Assembly (NCBI GenBank): GCA_964460615.1
Contig: CAYWPX010000004.1
Span: 83,116 to 147,115, forward strand
Direction: 5' to 3'
Length of the DNA: 64,000 nt
Origin: an uncultured Planctomycetia bacterium
GTDB taxonomy: Bacteria > Omnitrophota > Gorgyraeia > CAYWPX01
Position numbers and translations under genes: made by a program. Within the stretch, counting starts at the first letter, position 1. Each line of letters opens with the position of its first letter. Positions 45,491-54,699 of this stretch are shown here, piece after piece. Under the pieces are notes generated by a model that was not told the origin of the DNA, did no database searches, and was given only the letters and a program-made list of their open reading frames with translations.

Positions 45491-47089
45491 CTACTGTTTT
45501 TTATCGCTTAAAACCACCGATCTTCCAAAACTGCCCGAAAGAATGGTGTTGACCCTTGACCCGCTAAAAACCTCTTCCAACCTCTTAAGCTCTTTGGTCC
45601 TTATAACACAGATAACCCTGTCTTTATCATTAAAAAAATTTGTTACGGAACTGTCTTCGTTGATATTGACCACATCCACCGGATGCGCGGACCAGAAAGG
45701 ACTGCCGTTTTTACCTAGTACTGTCACAGGATTGCCGGTATTAAAGGAAGAGCCTCTTGCGAACAACTTACTGGCCAGAATCGGCCCTTTATAATTATAA
45801 TCTTTAACGATCCTAATAAGATCATTGTCACAAAAAGCCGGTTCGATCGCCTTAAACGGAAAAGTGGCCGGCAATATTATCGCTACGCATACTAACCCTA
45901 TAACGTTATAAAAAATCGCTTTTTTGAAATTCTTTTTGATTAACATTATTCCGGATATGGCTAAAGATACCGAAAGAAATATGACCCCCAATAAAACCGA
46001 AATAAAAAAATCCGGGTACTCTTTTTTTACATACCAAAGCGGCGCAAATAAAACCAGCGCTAATACCAAATCCAGAACGCCGACTGCCTTTACTCTCTTG
46101 GGTTTATTTTTTAAACCGGTCAGCCCTATTCCGATCATTACGCAAATTGCCGCATATAACGGCACAATATAGCTGATAAGTTTTGAATGGGCCGCTGTAA
46201 ATACCACAAATACAGAAGCGATCCATGAAAAAAGAAACAGATATTCTTTTTTATACTCTTTAAACTTTTCTCCTATAAACAGATAATAAAATGTCCAAGG
46301 GAACGCCCCTCCCAGTAAAACCGCCGGGTAGAACCACCACCTGTCAAAATTTTTGTGCTCTGCCTCAAGGATCCTTCTTATATTGTCGTTGATAATAAAT
46401 TCGTCATAAAAAATCTTGCCGAATTTTATGCTAACATACAGATACCAAGGAAGAGCAATGATCAAAAATAGAAACCACCAATTATTAAAGATAAACTGCT
46501 TTACTAGCGCCTTATCCTTAATAAGGATAGAGAATAACACGACCGCAAGCCCCATCATCACTAAACTAACGGGCCCTTTGGTTAGTACCGCAAGCGCCAA
46601 AAATACCGCGAATGGCAACAAGCTCTTTCTTTCCTTATACCAAATATAAAAACTGAAAAAACTAAAAAACATAAAAACTGAAAAAACTATATCGGTAATG
46701 ACTGCTTTGGATAGCCCCATATAGATAAGGCTGGTCGCAAGGACCAAAGAAGAGTAGAAAGAGATCTCTTTATTAAAGATCCTGCTTAGATAAACATATG
46801 CCCCTATAACACCTATTATCCCGAATATTGCCGGAATGAACCTTGCCGCAAAAGGAATGATCCCGAAAACTTTAAAAGAAAGCATCAATAACCAGTAAAA
46901 AAACGGAGGCTTTTCAAATTGCGGCTGGTCGAATATATAAGGGATCATAAAGCTGCCCTTATTCATCATCTCTTTGGCTGTTAAGGAATAGAATGTCTCA
47001 TCGGGATCCGTTAAAGCAATGGAGTTGTTGCCTATCAGAAATAAAAAAGCCGCTAATATTATAAGAATAACCGGATAAAATTTATTCAT
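45491..47089 (-). CDS. GT39/ArnT-like integral-membrane glycosyltransferase (PMT family)
   Basis: 532 aa, ~12 TM, N-terminal DPDETFY loop motif. Confidence 0.7.
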   Translation of the reverse strand: MNKFYPVILIILAAFLFLIGNNSIALTDPDETFYSLTAKEMMNKGSFMIPYIFDQPQFEKPPFFYWLLMLSFKVFGIIPFAARFIPAIFGIIGVIGAYVYLSRIFNKEISFYSSLVLATSLIYMGLSKAVITDIVFSVFMFFSFFSFYIWYKERKSLLPFAVFLALAVLTKGPVSLVMMGLAVVLFSILIKDKALVKQFIFNNWWFLFLIIALPWYLYVSIKFGKIFYDEFIINDNIRRILEAEHKNFDRWWFYPAVLLGGAFPWTFYYLFIGEKFKEYKKEYLFLFSWIASVFVVFTAAHSKLISYIVPLYAAICVMIGIGLTGLKNKPKRVKAVGVLDLVLALVLFAPLWYVKKEYPDFFISVLLGVIFLSVSLAISGIMLIKKNFKKAIFYNVIGLVCVAIILPATFPFKAIEPAFCDNDLIRIVKDYNYKGPILASKLFARGSSFNTGNPVTVLGKNGSPFWSAHPVDVVNINEDSSVTNFFNDKDRVICVIRTKELKRLEEVFSGSRVNTILSGSFGRSVVLSDKKQ

Positions 47090-47105
47090 TGTTCTCCTTT
47101 TTGAC

Positions 47106-47561
47106 TTATTGTTTTTCCACAGGATTACCTTTTCTTTTCCATTCGCCCAAGCCGCCTTTATATATGATAACTTTGTATCCGAGGCTTAATAAGATCCTTG
47201 CAGCTCTTTGAGCTTTGTGGCAGGTATTCCCGCTACAGTAGATAAGTAACCTTGAACCCTCCGGAAGGATCCTTCTGGCTGAATCCGGATTTATCGCATT
47301 ATAAGGAAGCGATAAGGCGCCCGGTATGTGCCCTTTTATATATGTTTCGTACAACAAAACATCTACAAGCACGAAATTTTTTTCAGAATTCAGCAATTTT
47401 GAGAATGTGTCATAATCAATAAACCGGATGCCGTTTTCTTCGGGTATCATCAAATAAAGCGTGTCATAATCATTATCGGGATCACTATAACCAAATGCAG
47501 AAGATCCCAAAAAAATTAAAAACATTACCAATATAACAAATAAAATAGCTGTTTTTTTCAT
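47106..47561 (-). CDS. secreted rhodanese-domain protein
   Basis: signal peptide; active-site loop YCSGNTCHKAQRAA. Confidence 0.75.
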   Translation of the reverse strand: MKKTAILFVILVMFLIFLGSSAFGYSDPDNDYDTLYLMIPEENGIRFIDYDTFSKLLNSEKNFVLVDVLLYETYIKGHIPGALSLPYNAINPDSARRILPEGSRLLIYCSGNTCHKAQRAARILLSLGYKVIIYKGGLGEWKRKGNPVEKQ

Positions 47562-47610
47562 AAAATACTCCTCCCTGGTTGATACCAGCTACAATTTATT
47601 TTCTTATTTA

Positions 47611-48117
47611 TCAATAAACCACCCTGTTGCCGGATTCTTCCCATCTATCCAATAATTCCATGCATTCATCGGTCATAAAACGAGAAATTATCACAAGCGG
47701 GCTCCTGCCGAGTTTTTTCATAGTTTTGCCGGATATCGTAAGCTCGTTAAATCCGAGCCTTTTGACATCTTTTATTGAAGTGCCATAATAGAGCCTCCTG
47801 ATCCTCGCCCAATGTATCGCGCTAAAACACATGGGACAAGGCTCCGTGGTAGAATAGATATCGCAACCCGAAAGGTCGAAAGATCCGAGTTTTTTTGCGG
47901 CAATTTTTATGGCGTTTATTTCGGCATGAGCTGTCGGATCATTATTTAAGAGCACCTTGTTTCTTGATAGCGCAATTAATTTTCCGTTTTTTACTATAGC
48001 GGCTCCGAAAGGCCCCCCATGAATGGCCCTGATGTTAACACCTGCCTCTTTGATGGCCATTTTCATAAATTTATTATCAGGTCTAAGACTAGCCATGGGT
48101 TTTACCTCCCCAATCAA
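47611..48117 (-). CDS. CMP/dCMP-type zinc deaminase (TadA/guanine deaminase-like)
   Basis: HAEINAI ... PCPMCFSAI zinc motifs; true start may be internal Met (MKMAIKEA). Confidence 0.75.
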   Translation of the reverse strand: MIGEVKPMASLRPDNKFMKMAIKEAGVNIRAIHGGPFGAAIVKNGKLIALSRNKVLLNNDPTAHAEINAIKIAAKKLGSFDLSGCDIYSTTEPCPMCFSAIHWARIRRLYYGTSIKDVKRLGFNELTISGKTMKKLGRSPLVIISRFMTDECMELLDRWEESGNRVVY

Positions 48118-48317
48118 TGCTTTGTTTCAAGCTCTTTGGGTTTTCTCGGGATCAAGAGCCACATAACTAGATACACGACTATCCCAAACCCCCAAAGAAG
48201 AGTAATTAAGATAAAAAGGATCCTAAAAAACACGGGATCCTTGTCAAAGTACTCTCCCAGGCCTCCGCAAACACCCGCAATTTTCCGGTCAGTGTTAGAA
48301 AGATATAATCTTTTCAT
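48114..48317 (-). CDS. PspC-domain membrane protein
   Basis: LYLSNTDRKIAGVCGGLGEYF PspC motif plus one TM; 67 aa; start overlaps deaminase end. Confidence 0.6.
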   Translation of the reverse strand: MKRLYLSNTDRKIAGVCGGLGEYFDKDPVFFRILFILITLLWGFGIVVYLVMWLLIPRKPKELETKH

Positions 48318-48330
48318 GGGAATATTAAAT

Positions 48331-49365
48331 CTATTTATTAAAACGTTCTCTTATAATATTTTTGATCTCAAGCGCTTCTTCCCCAATCCCCTGTTTTTGG
48401 CAGGTAGTGACATATGAATCCCAGCAACCGGAGGTCAGCGTATACATTTTTGAAACCTCTTCAGGGGGCAATACAAAAAAATCCATTCCTCTGGCTTTAG
48501 CTTCGGCTATTATAGGTTCATCCTGCTTTTCGGTGTAGACCTTGACCCATTTTGCCCAGAGCTCTTTTGAATGGATAACATCGATAATAATCGATCTTGC
48601 TTCATCATCCATCTTATTCCATTTATTAGCGCTCATCCAGAAAAAACCCGCTACATAGCCTATAAAAGGAGGTTCAACGACCTCATCGCATACTTCCCAG
48701 AGGTTGTATTGCTTTATAGTATATGAGGTCATAAGGCCTCCGTCTATGGAGCCTTTTTCCAGGGCTTTATAGTAATCTCCTATGGTATCAACCGGCTGCG
48801 CGCCAAGGGCCTTTATCCCTGAAGAAGATTCAACGCTTGTGCCTCTGATCTTAAGGCCCTTAAAGTCCTCCAGAGTACGGACCTTTTTTGCCTTTTTTGT
48901 GATCTGAAAATTGTACGGGCCTATCGGGAATGCCCCCAGATATTTCACATTAGCATGTTTCATATATACCTGGTCCACGATCTCGCCAACCTTCCCGTTA
49001 ACCAATAGATCCCAGCAATCTTCCCACCCCTTGAAATTCCCGGGCAGTTGCTGAAAACTCCCTATGGCAATTTTATCCGTATAATAGGTTGGATATGCGA
49101 CTAAAATATCTATATTCCCGGCAACCAGAGCATCAATACCCTTATCTTTTCGGGCAGGTTTGCCATAATTCCTGAAAAACTTTATTTTCCCGTTTGATCT
49201 GGTTTCGATCTGGTCAAGGCAATCTTCAACGAATTTAAGCCTCATATGGCCCTTTGGATATACAGACTCAAATGTCAATAAATATGTCTGTTTAGGGCCA
49301 TCGCTAAATGCATTGGTTTCGGTGAAGGCTATAATCGCTAAAAGCAGTATTAGGCGTTTTATCAT
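48331..49365 (-). CDS. TRAP-transporter solute-binding protein (DctP family), orphan
   Basis: signal peptide; LEDFKGLKIRGTS, ALGAQPV, YKALEKGSIDGG DctP blocks; no dctQM adjacent. Confidence 0.65.
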   Translation of the reverse strand: MIKRLILLLAIIAFTETNAFSDGPKQTYLLTFESVYPKGHMRLKFVEDCLDQIETRSNGKIKFFRNYGKPARKDKGIDALVAGNIDILVAYPTYYTDKIAIGSFQQLPGNFKGWEDCWDLLVNGKVGEIVDQVYMKHANVKYLGAFPIGPYNFQITKKAKKVRTLEDFKGLKIRGTSVESSSGIKALGAQPVDTIGDYYKALEKGSIDGGLMTSYTIKQYNLWEVCDEVVEPPFIGYVAGFFWMSANKWNKMDDEARSIIIDVIHSKELWAKWVKVYTEKQDEPIIAEAKARGMDFFVLPPEEVSKMYTLTSGCWDSYVTTCQKQGIGEEALEIKNIIRERFNK

Positions 49366-49526
49366 TATTCCTTTATTAATTTATATTGTAGCAATATTAG
49401 CATAATAAGGCTGGATAGGCAATATTTTTTGTTCAAAGATAGCCGCCAGGATTGAGCAAAAAAGTACGTGCAGAATAAAAAAGCGGCCAATTTATTCAAT
49501 TGGCCGCCAAGTAGATCAGGTACTAA

Positions 49527-49985
49527 TTATTCTTTATTCTTTATGGAAATCAGGCTAAGTTCATCACCGTTTTTGGTCACTTCAACAGCAACTGCGGTTT
49601 TGCTGTCTGCTCCATTAAGGAATTCGACAATTTTTGCATTGCTGGCGCCGTCAAACTTCATAAGCATTCCATCGCTTGTATAGATAGAATAGCCATTATC
49701 AGCGCATTTAAGAGCACATTCTTTAGAATGAGTCTGTACAAATTCGCCTAGCTTCTCCTTATTTGCCTCTGCGCACATATTGTCTATGATATCGCCTGTA
49801 ACCATCATTGTTACAGCTACAGGAGCAACTTCTGCCGGAGATACCGCTTGCGGTGCTTCAGCACCCTGAACTTCTGGCATAGCGGCTTCTGGCGGAGCCG
49901 GTGGCATAGCTGGTGCCGTTTCCTGGGCAATAGCCATTGACACTGAGAACAGCACTGCTAATACTACTAAAATTACTTTCTTCAT
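49527..49985 (-). CDS. secreted Ala/Pro-rich protein with Cys-containing C-terminal domain, hypothetical
   Basis: signal peptide, PAMPPAPPEAAMPEV low-complexity linker. Confidence 0.4.
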   Translation of the reverse strand: MKKVILVVLAVLFSVSMAIAQETAPAMPPAPPEAAMPEVQGAEAPQAVSPAEVAPVAVTMMVTGDIIDNMCAEANKEKLGEFVQTHSKECALKCADNGYSIYTSDGMLMKFDGASNAKIVEFLNGADSKTAVAVEVTKNGDELSLISIKNKE

Positions 49986-50093
49986 CTAACCTACCCCCAT
50001 TTTTTATTACTTATATTTTTAAGCGAAGAGACTCTTTCGCTATAGACCCTTAACCAAATATAGCAATAATAATACCACAAGTTATGGTAAAAA

Positions 50094-50831
50094 TCAAGTT
50101 TTTTTTGAAAGTACCCTGAGCCTATTTATTACGGGTTTACTTTTTAACTCTCTTAACGCATCTTTGGCTATCCATCTGGCTGATTTTGAGTCTTCACTAA
50201 GAATTTCCTCTGAAACCCTAATGGCTGCCTTATTTAAATACATATTCCGCTTGCCTATCTGTCGTAATGCCCAATTAACAGATTTTTTTACAAAGTTCCT
50301 CCCGTCCAAGGCCCCTTTTTTTATCAGTGGGAAAAATTTTGCGAGCTTTTCATTGCCAGCCTCTTTATCTCCGGAGGCTATTGTTGCTATTAAAGAATAG
50401 GCCGCTCTTTTAATGAACTCCTTATCGGATTTAGCCCATTGAAAAACTTTTTTGTAGGCAAATTTAGTATGCCTAAAGAGATTCATGCATGTTTGATCAC
50501 AGATATCCCATGAATTAAAGTCTTTGGCCCACCTGTCCATCTGGGGTTCACTAACAAGCATCGGATCGTCTATGATCGATGCTATGATCCTTGCTTCGTG
50601 TATACCGGAATCCCAAAGCTTTAAGGCCAAACTATGGTCAGTGCCTATCGATTTCCCAAGTCTTCTTATAAAAGGCATCGGTACCCCATAGGCATTGGAT
50701 ACTTGGATCCCGAATCTGGCCATACCTTGGATATTTTTAGGGTTGTACTCGGATCTGATTAAGGTTATTATCTCTTTATACTGCATAGTATTTGGCCAGC
50801 TCTTCAATAAAACTCCTGATCTTGGCCGCAT
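50094..50831 (-). CDS. DNA alkylation repair protein (AlkD/AlkC-like HEAT-repeat glycosylase family)
   Basis: 245 aa helical repeat protein with conserved W/R/D pattern of AlkD family. Confidence 0.6.
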   Translation of the reverse strand: MRPRSGVLLKSWPNTMQYKEIITLIRSEYNPKNIQGMARFGIQVSNAYGVPMPFIRRLGKSIGTDHSLALKLWDSGIHEARIIASIIDDPMLVSEPQMDRWAKDFNSWDICDQTCMNLFRHTKFAYKKVFQWAKSDKEFIKRAAYSLIATIASGDKEAGNEKLAKFFPLIKKGALDGRNFVKKSVNWALRQIGKRNMYLNKAAIRVSEEILSEDSKSARWIAKDALRELKSKPVINRLRVLSKKT

Positions 50832-51258
50832 AATCGCCCTTCGTCATATCTTTTGTTAAAAGCTCTAGCGTTGATACCGGTTTTTTGTTAATAAGATCCT
50901 CCATCTCCCTTAAAGTCTTTTTTCCTCCAAGTCCGCCAACCGTACAGAATAAAGCGACATTTTTCAGCATATCTTTATTATTTGTAATATAAGTCCTGAT
51001 AGCGGGGGTCATAGTAAAAGCCCATACCGGCGTTCCTATAATAACAAGATCGTAGCTCTTCGGATCAACTTTTATATTTTTTATGATAGCTAATTTTTTT
51101 AGTGTTGCGTCATTACCGCCGCTCATGAATCCCTTAACACCGCTCCTATCTTTGGTGTCAACGATCTCTTCAAAATCACAATTCAGTTCTTTTACTATCA
51201 ATTCTGCAACTTTTCTTGTTACGCCGGTCCTTGAATAATAAACTACAAGTGTTTTCAT
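50776..51258 (-). CDS. flavodoxin-like fold protein
   Basis: MKTLVVYYSRTGVTR flavodoxin start; start set at second Met (51258); 3' end overlaps next gene by ~55 nt. Confidence 0.65.
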   Translation of the reverse strand: MKTLVVYYSRTGVTRKVAELIVKELNCDFEEIVDTKDRSGVKGFMSGGNDATLKKLAIIKNIKVDPKSYDLVIIGTPVWAFTMTPAIRTYITNNKDMLKNVALFCTVGGLGGKKTLREMEDLINKKPVSTLELLTKDMTKGDYAAKIRSFIEELAKYYAV

Positions 51259-51399
51259 GTAAATGCCTTTCATTTAGCTCTTAGCTCATGGTTCATGGCT
51301 CATAGTAAAACCAAGAATTATATAATATGGGTTTTTAGTTTTTGCTATGAGCTCTGGCTGCCTCGCCGTAGGCGAGCAGGCGAAGCTATGAGCAATGAG

Positions 51400-51666
51400 C
51401 TACTTTACATACCCGCACCCCGGGTATGGTTTTGCTTTTCTTAAGACATCTTTTATCTCTACACAATTAAAAACTTTTCCGGATATGGTCTTTTGCGGCC
51501 CCAGCCTGGAATCATAAGCTACGCAAAAATAATGGCCGAACGCATCTTTTGAGAGGTTTTGGCATGGATCGGTAGATGCACCGCAACACTCACCGCATCG
51601 AATGCACTTCGCTTCTTCCGCTAGGTGTTTTTCTTCTAGTTTTTTATTATAAAGTTTATCATCCAT
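51400..51666 (-). CDS. YkgJ-family Cys-rich Fe-S/zinc protein (CxxCxxCC)
   Basis: CIRCGECCG motif plus downstream Cys; tracked ORF begins at GTG, ATG at 51666 preferred. Confidence 0.55.
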   Translation of the reverse strand: MDDKLYNKKLEEKHLAEEAKCIRCGECCGASTDPCQNLSKDAFGHYFCVAYDSRLGPQKTISGKVFNCVEIKDVLRKAKPYPGCGYVK

Positions 51667-51734
51667 AATTAGCACATCGACCTTCGTACATCGTACTTCG
51701 TATTTAGTTTTTGCTATGTACTAAGTACGATATA

Positions 51735-52487
51735 CTATGTACTGCCTTTAATCATCATCACCGACATCATCCTGCCGCAATCTCGGCCTTCTTTTCTATA
51801 AGAAAAGAATTCATCGCTCTGACAATAAGTACAAATTTTGGGATCAAAGATATTATCATCCGATACTCCCATATCTTTAAGCTGGGCTATATTGACGCCT
51901 GCCAGATCAAGATATAACTTGTTATTTTTTTCAAGGATAAAACCTGGAAAAATATCCCTCATTTCATTCCCCACCTCATAAGAACAGCTTCTTATGGAAG
52001 GGCCGAGCCATGTAAAAATATTACTTGGAACTGTACCGAACCTCTTTTTCATTGATTCAATTGTTTTAACTGCAATATTATCTTTTGTGCTGCGCCAGCC
52101 GGCATGCACTACAGCAATAGCCTTGGTTTTCTTATCCAGCAGGAATAGAGATAAACAATCAGCGGTAAAAACGGCTATAGGAACATCAGCCCTGTCGGTC
52201 ATTATAGCATCAAACCCAATTAACCTGTTATTATTTGAGATCGCTCCTTTTCCCCGGTCAGATTCATCCGCATAATATATATCCGATTTATGGACCTGCT
52301 CCGACGAAACCAGATCCTCATGATTTATACCAAGTATCCTAAGGAATTTTTTTCTGTCCGGTAGCGTATTGGAGGTATCGCCATGCGAAAATGACATATT
52401 CCCATCTAGCTTTAAACTAAAGGAAACGATAATATCGTTAAAGACTGACTCTATATTTTGACCTATTTGGGTATTATTATTAAGCAT
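51735..52487 (-). CDS. pgeF: YfiH/PgeF family purine nucleoside phosphorylase / peptidoglycan editing factor (Cu-oxidase_4)
   Basis: VVHAGWRS, FTADCL conserved His/Cys blocks; 250 aa. Confidence 0.8.
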   Translation of the reverse strand: MLNNNTQIGQNIESVFNDIIVSFSLKLDGNMSFSHGDTSNTLPDRKKFLRILGINHEDLVSSEQVHKSDIYYADESDRGKGAISNNNRLIGFDAIMTDRADVPIAVFTADCLSLFLLDKKTKAIAVVHAGWRSTKDNIAVKTIESMKKRFGTVPSNIFTWLGPSIRSCSYEVGNEMRDIFPGFILEKNNKLYLDLAGVNIAQLKDMGVSDDNIFDPKICTYCQSDEFFSYRKEGRDCGRMMSVMMIKGST

Positions 52488-52546
52488 AATTAACTCAATT
52501 TTTTATATATTTTATCATAAACCCAAATTTTACAGTAGTGAAATTT

Positions 52547-52685
52547 GCCCCCTACAATCCGAAGGATTGAGGGGAGCCCCGAAGGGGTTGCGCAACAAAA
52601 TCCTCGTAGGATTTTGTTGGCTTCGCAAGGTAATCCCGGGTTTTGTATACGCTATTTTGTTCAACCGCAAAATCCGGGACAAAAA
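52547..52685 (-). ncRNA. candidate structured small RNA (4 consecutive hairpins, two UUCG tetraloops on minus strand)
   Basis: minus strand: GTCCCGGATTTTG..CAAAACCCGGGAT; CAACAAAATCCTACGAGGATTTTGTTG; CCCCUUCGGGG; CCCCTCAATCCUUCGGATTGTAGGGGG; lies between gltB-like terminator and pgeF start. Confidence 0.4.
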
Positions 52686-52695
52686 CTTATTTATA

Positions 52696-52733
52696 ACAAA
52701 AAAAAGCACCCTTAGATCCTAAGGGTGCTTTTT
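52696..52733 (-). terminator. rho-independent terminator of the gltB-like gene
   Basis: 14-bp perfect stem AAAAAGCACCCTTA/TAAGGGTGCTTTTT followed by U8 on minus strand. Confidence 0.75.
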
Positions 52734-52748
52734 AATAAAAATAAATTC

Positions 52749-54341
52749 TTATTTACCCATTAAAACCTTTTCGGCCTCTTTTCTATATGCATCCATTACA
52801 TAAGGAATGCCGGTTACATCTTCGCATTCTTTAGTAAGGCTCATAAGGTCTCTTCTGGATATGGTAGGCAAGCTAAAATTCCTCGAACCGGCCATCAATT
52901 GCTGCAGGCCAACCTTTATTCTCTGGGAGAATGTGTATATGCCGACCGCCCCCAAAGGAATGTCTTTCATATCGCTTCCGTATTTTTCTTCCAGTTCTTC
53001 GTAAGAAACAAATATCTCTTCCGGCTTCATGCCAAATTCAGAGATAGTAACAGGCAGATTGCCTGATTTTATCCATTCTCCGATATTTCGCCCGACAAAC
53101 CCAGGTATCATAAGGGCTCTACCCATGCAGACAGCTTTTACATATGGGGCTCCTAGGGCAAGTACCTTGAATACATGATCCTCAAGAGAAAATCCGCCGG
53201 CTATCGCTAGATCCGGGATCCTCTTCCCTTTTTTAGCCAGCTTTTCGGCAAATTCAATCGCAAGGGACTGCAGATAAATGGTAGGTATGCCCCACTCCTG
53301 CATCATTCGCCATGGGCTCATACCCGTTCCTCCGGGCGCGCCGTCAATTGTCAACAGATCTATCTTTGCCTCAGATGAAAATCTCATTGCCTGGGCAACC
53401 TCTACCATTGAATAGGCACCCGTCTTAAGAGTGATCCTTTTGAACCCGAGATCCCTTAAACGTTTAATTTCCTTCATAAAACCATCTTCAGATACAAACC
53501 CAAGCCTTGAGTGCCTTTCAAATTCTTTTATGGCGCCCGCTTTAAAAGCTTCTTGATTAGCCTTTAAGGATGGGTCCGGAGTTACTATATAACCGCGTTT
53601 TTTTAGTTCAAGGGCTCTTTCAAGGCTTTTTACTTTTATTTCCCCGCCTATACATTTAGCCCCTTGTCCCCACTTCAGTTCTATTGTATCTAGTTTATGT
53701 TTTTTTCTTACATATTCAGCAACCCCAAGACGGGTATCCTCGACGTTCATCTGGACCAGTATTTCACCGTAACCGTCATGGAATCTTTTGTATAGCTCGA
53801 TCCTTCTATCCATATCAGGAGCCGATGTGATCTTACCCTTACTATCCAGTTCCAGCTTGGGATCTATACCGCAGACATTTTCGCCGCATACTATAGTAAC
53901 GCCCGATATCGCAGCGCCTATGGCAAAGTGTTCCCAGTTTTTCCTGGCTATTTCAGTTGAGCCAAGCGCCCCGGTAAATATAGGCACTTTCATCTTTACC
54001 TTTTTCTCCCAGCCGTATTCAGTTTCGGTGTTTACTGCAGGGAAGATCGCTGTATCGGGGTTACCTTCTGTGCCTTTAGGAAGCCCTTTCGCACCCTGGG
54101 CATACCCCTGGATATTTAAATGAGAATAATCAACCGGATAATCTTTATCTCCTCCGGCAGTCATCTCTCCAAACGGCCCTGGATATATGACCTCTCTTCC
54201 TCTGAATGAGGATTTGAATACTTCGCAGTTACCTTTACAATTTTCAAGGCATCTTGAGCAAAGGCCTGAAGAAGGTACTACATTTTTTGAACGGTTAAAC
54301 GTACGCGAGGCGTCATTGCCTCCGGGACTTCTTAAGTTCAT
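52749..54341 (-). CDS. standalone glutamate-synthase FMN-domain (GltB domain 2) family protein with N-terminal Cys cluster
   Basis: CSRCLENCKGNCEV N-terminus; GAPGGTGMSPW and FMN/TIM-barrel blocks of GltB central domain; 530 aa. Confidence 0.75.
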   Translation of the reverse strand: MNLRSPGGNDASRTFNRSKNVVPSSGLCSRCLENCKGNCEVFKSSFRGREVIYPGPFGEMTAGGDKDYPVDYSHLNIQGYAQGAKGLPKGTEGNPDTAIFPAVNTETEYGWEKKVKMKVPIFTGALGSTEIARKNWEHFAIGAAISGVTIVCGENVCGIDPKLELDSKGKITSAPDMDRRIELYKRFHDGYGEILVQMNVEDTRLGVAEYVRKKHKLDTIELKWGQGAKCIGGEIKVKSLERALELKKRGYIVTPDPSLKANQEAFKAGAIKEFERHSRLGFVSEDGFMKEIKRLRDLGFKRITLKTGAYSMVEVAQAMRFSSEAKIDLLTIDGAPGGTGMSPWRMMQEWGIPTIYLQSLAIEFAEKLAKKGKRIPDLAIAGGFSLEDHVFKVLALGAPYVKAVCMGRALMIPGFVGRNIGEWIKSGNLPVTISEFGMKPEEIFVSYEELEEKYGSDMKDIPLGAVGIYTFSQRIKVGLQQLMAGSRNFSLPTISRRDLMSLTKECEDVTGIPYVMDAYRKEAEKVLMGK

Positions 54342-54466
54342 AAAACCCCCTCCATTTTTTGCCTAATAAGTAGGCTATTATTGCCTAAATTTTGGGCAGT
54401 GTTGACCGAAAAAAAATACCTAAATTATAGGTACCTTAATAAAACTGTAGTAGTAATTTTAGCCGT

Positions 54467-54514
54467 CCCCTACTGATTCGTTTTGCTCTGCAAAAGCGAA
54501 TCAAACCATAGGGG
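54467..54514. promoter_or_regulatory. second copy of 48-nt palindrome, ~130 nt upstream of gltB-like gene start
   Basis: cccctactgattcgttttgctctgcaaaagcgaatcaaaccatagggg. Confidence 0.6.
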
Positions 54515-54568
54515 TTAATTCGCACTAATAATTTATGTTGGTTACGCCTGCCATAAATTATGTGCTCA

Positions 54569-54602
54569 TTAAAAAAGGCATCCCCAAAGAATCAGGGACG
54601 CC
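54569..54602 (-). terminator. terminator after treT
   Basis: GGCGUCCC/GGGGAUGCC stem followed by U6 on minus strand. Confidence 0.55.
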
Positions 54603-54699
54603 TTTGTCTAATTCATAATGCCTTTGCTTCCTTGCAAAGGCCGATTACTTATATCTATTATAATAATTCACTTAAAATAGACTGTCAAGAAAAAGTTAA

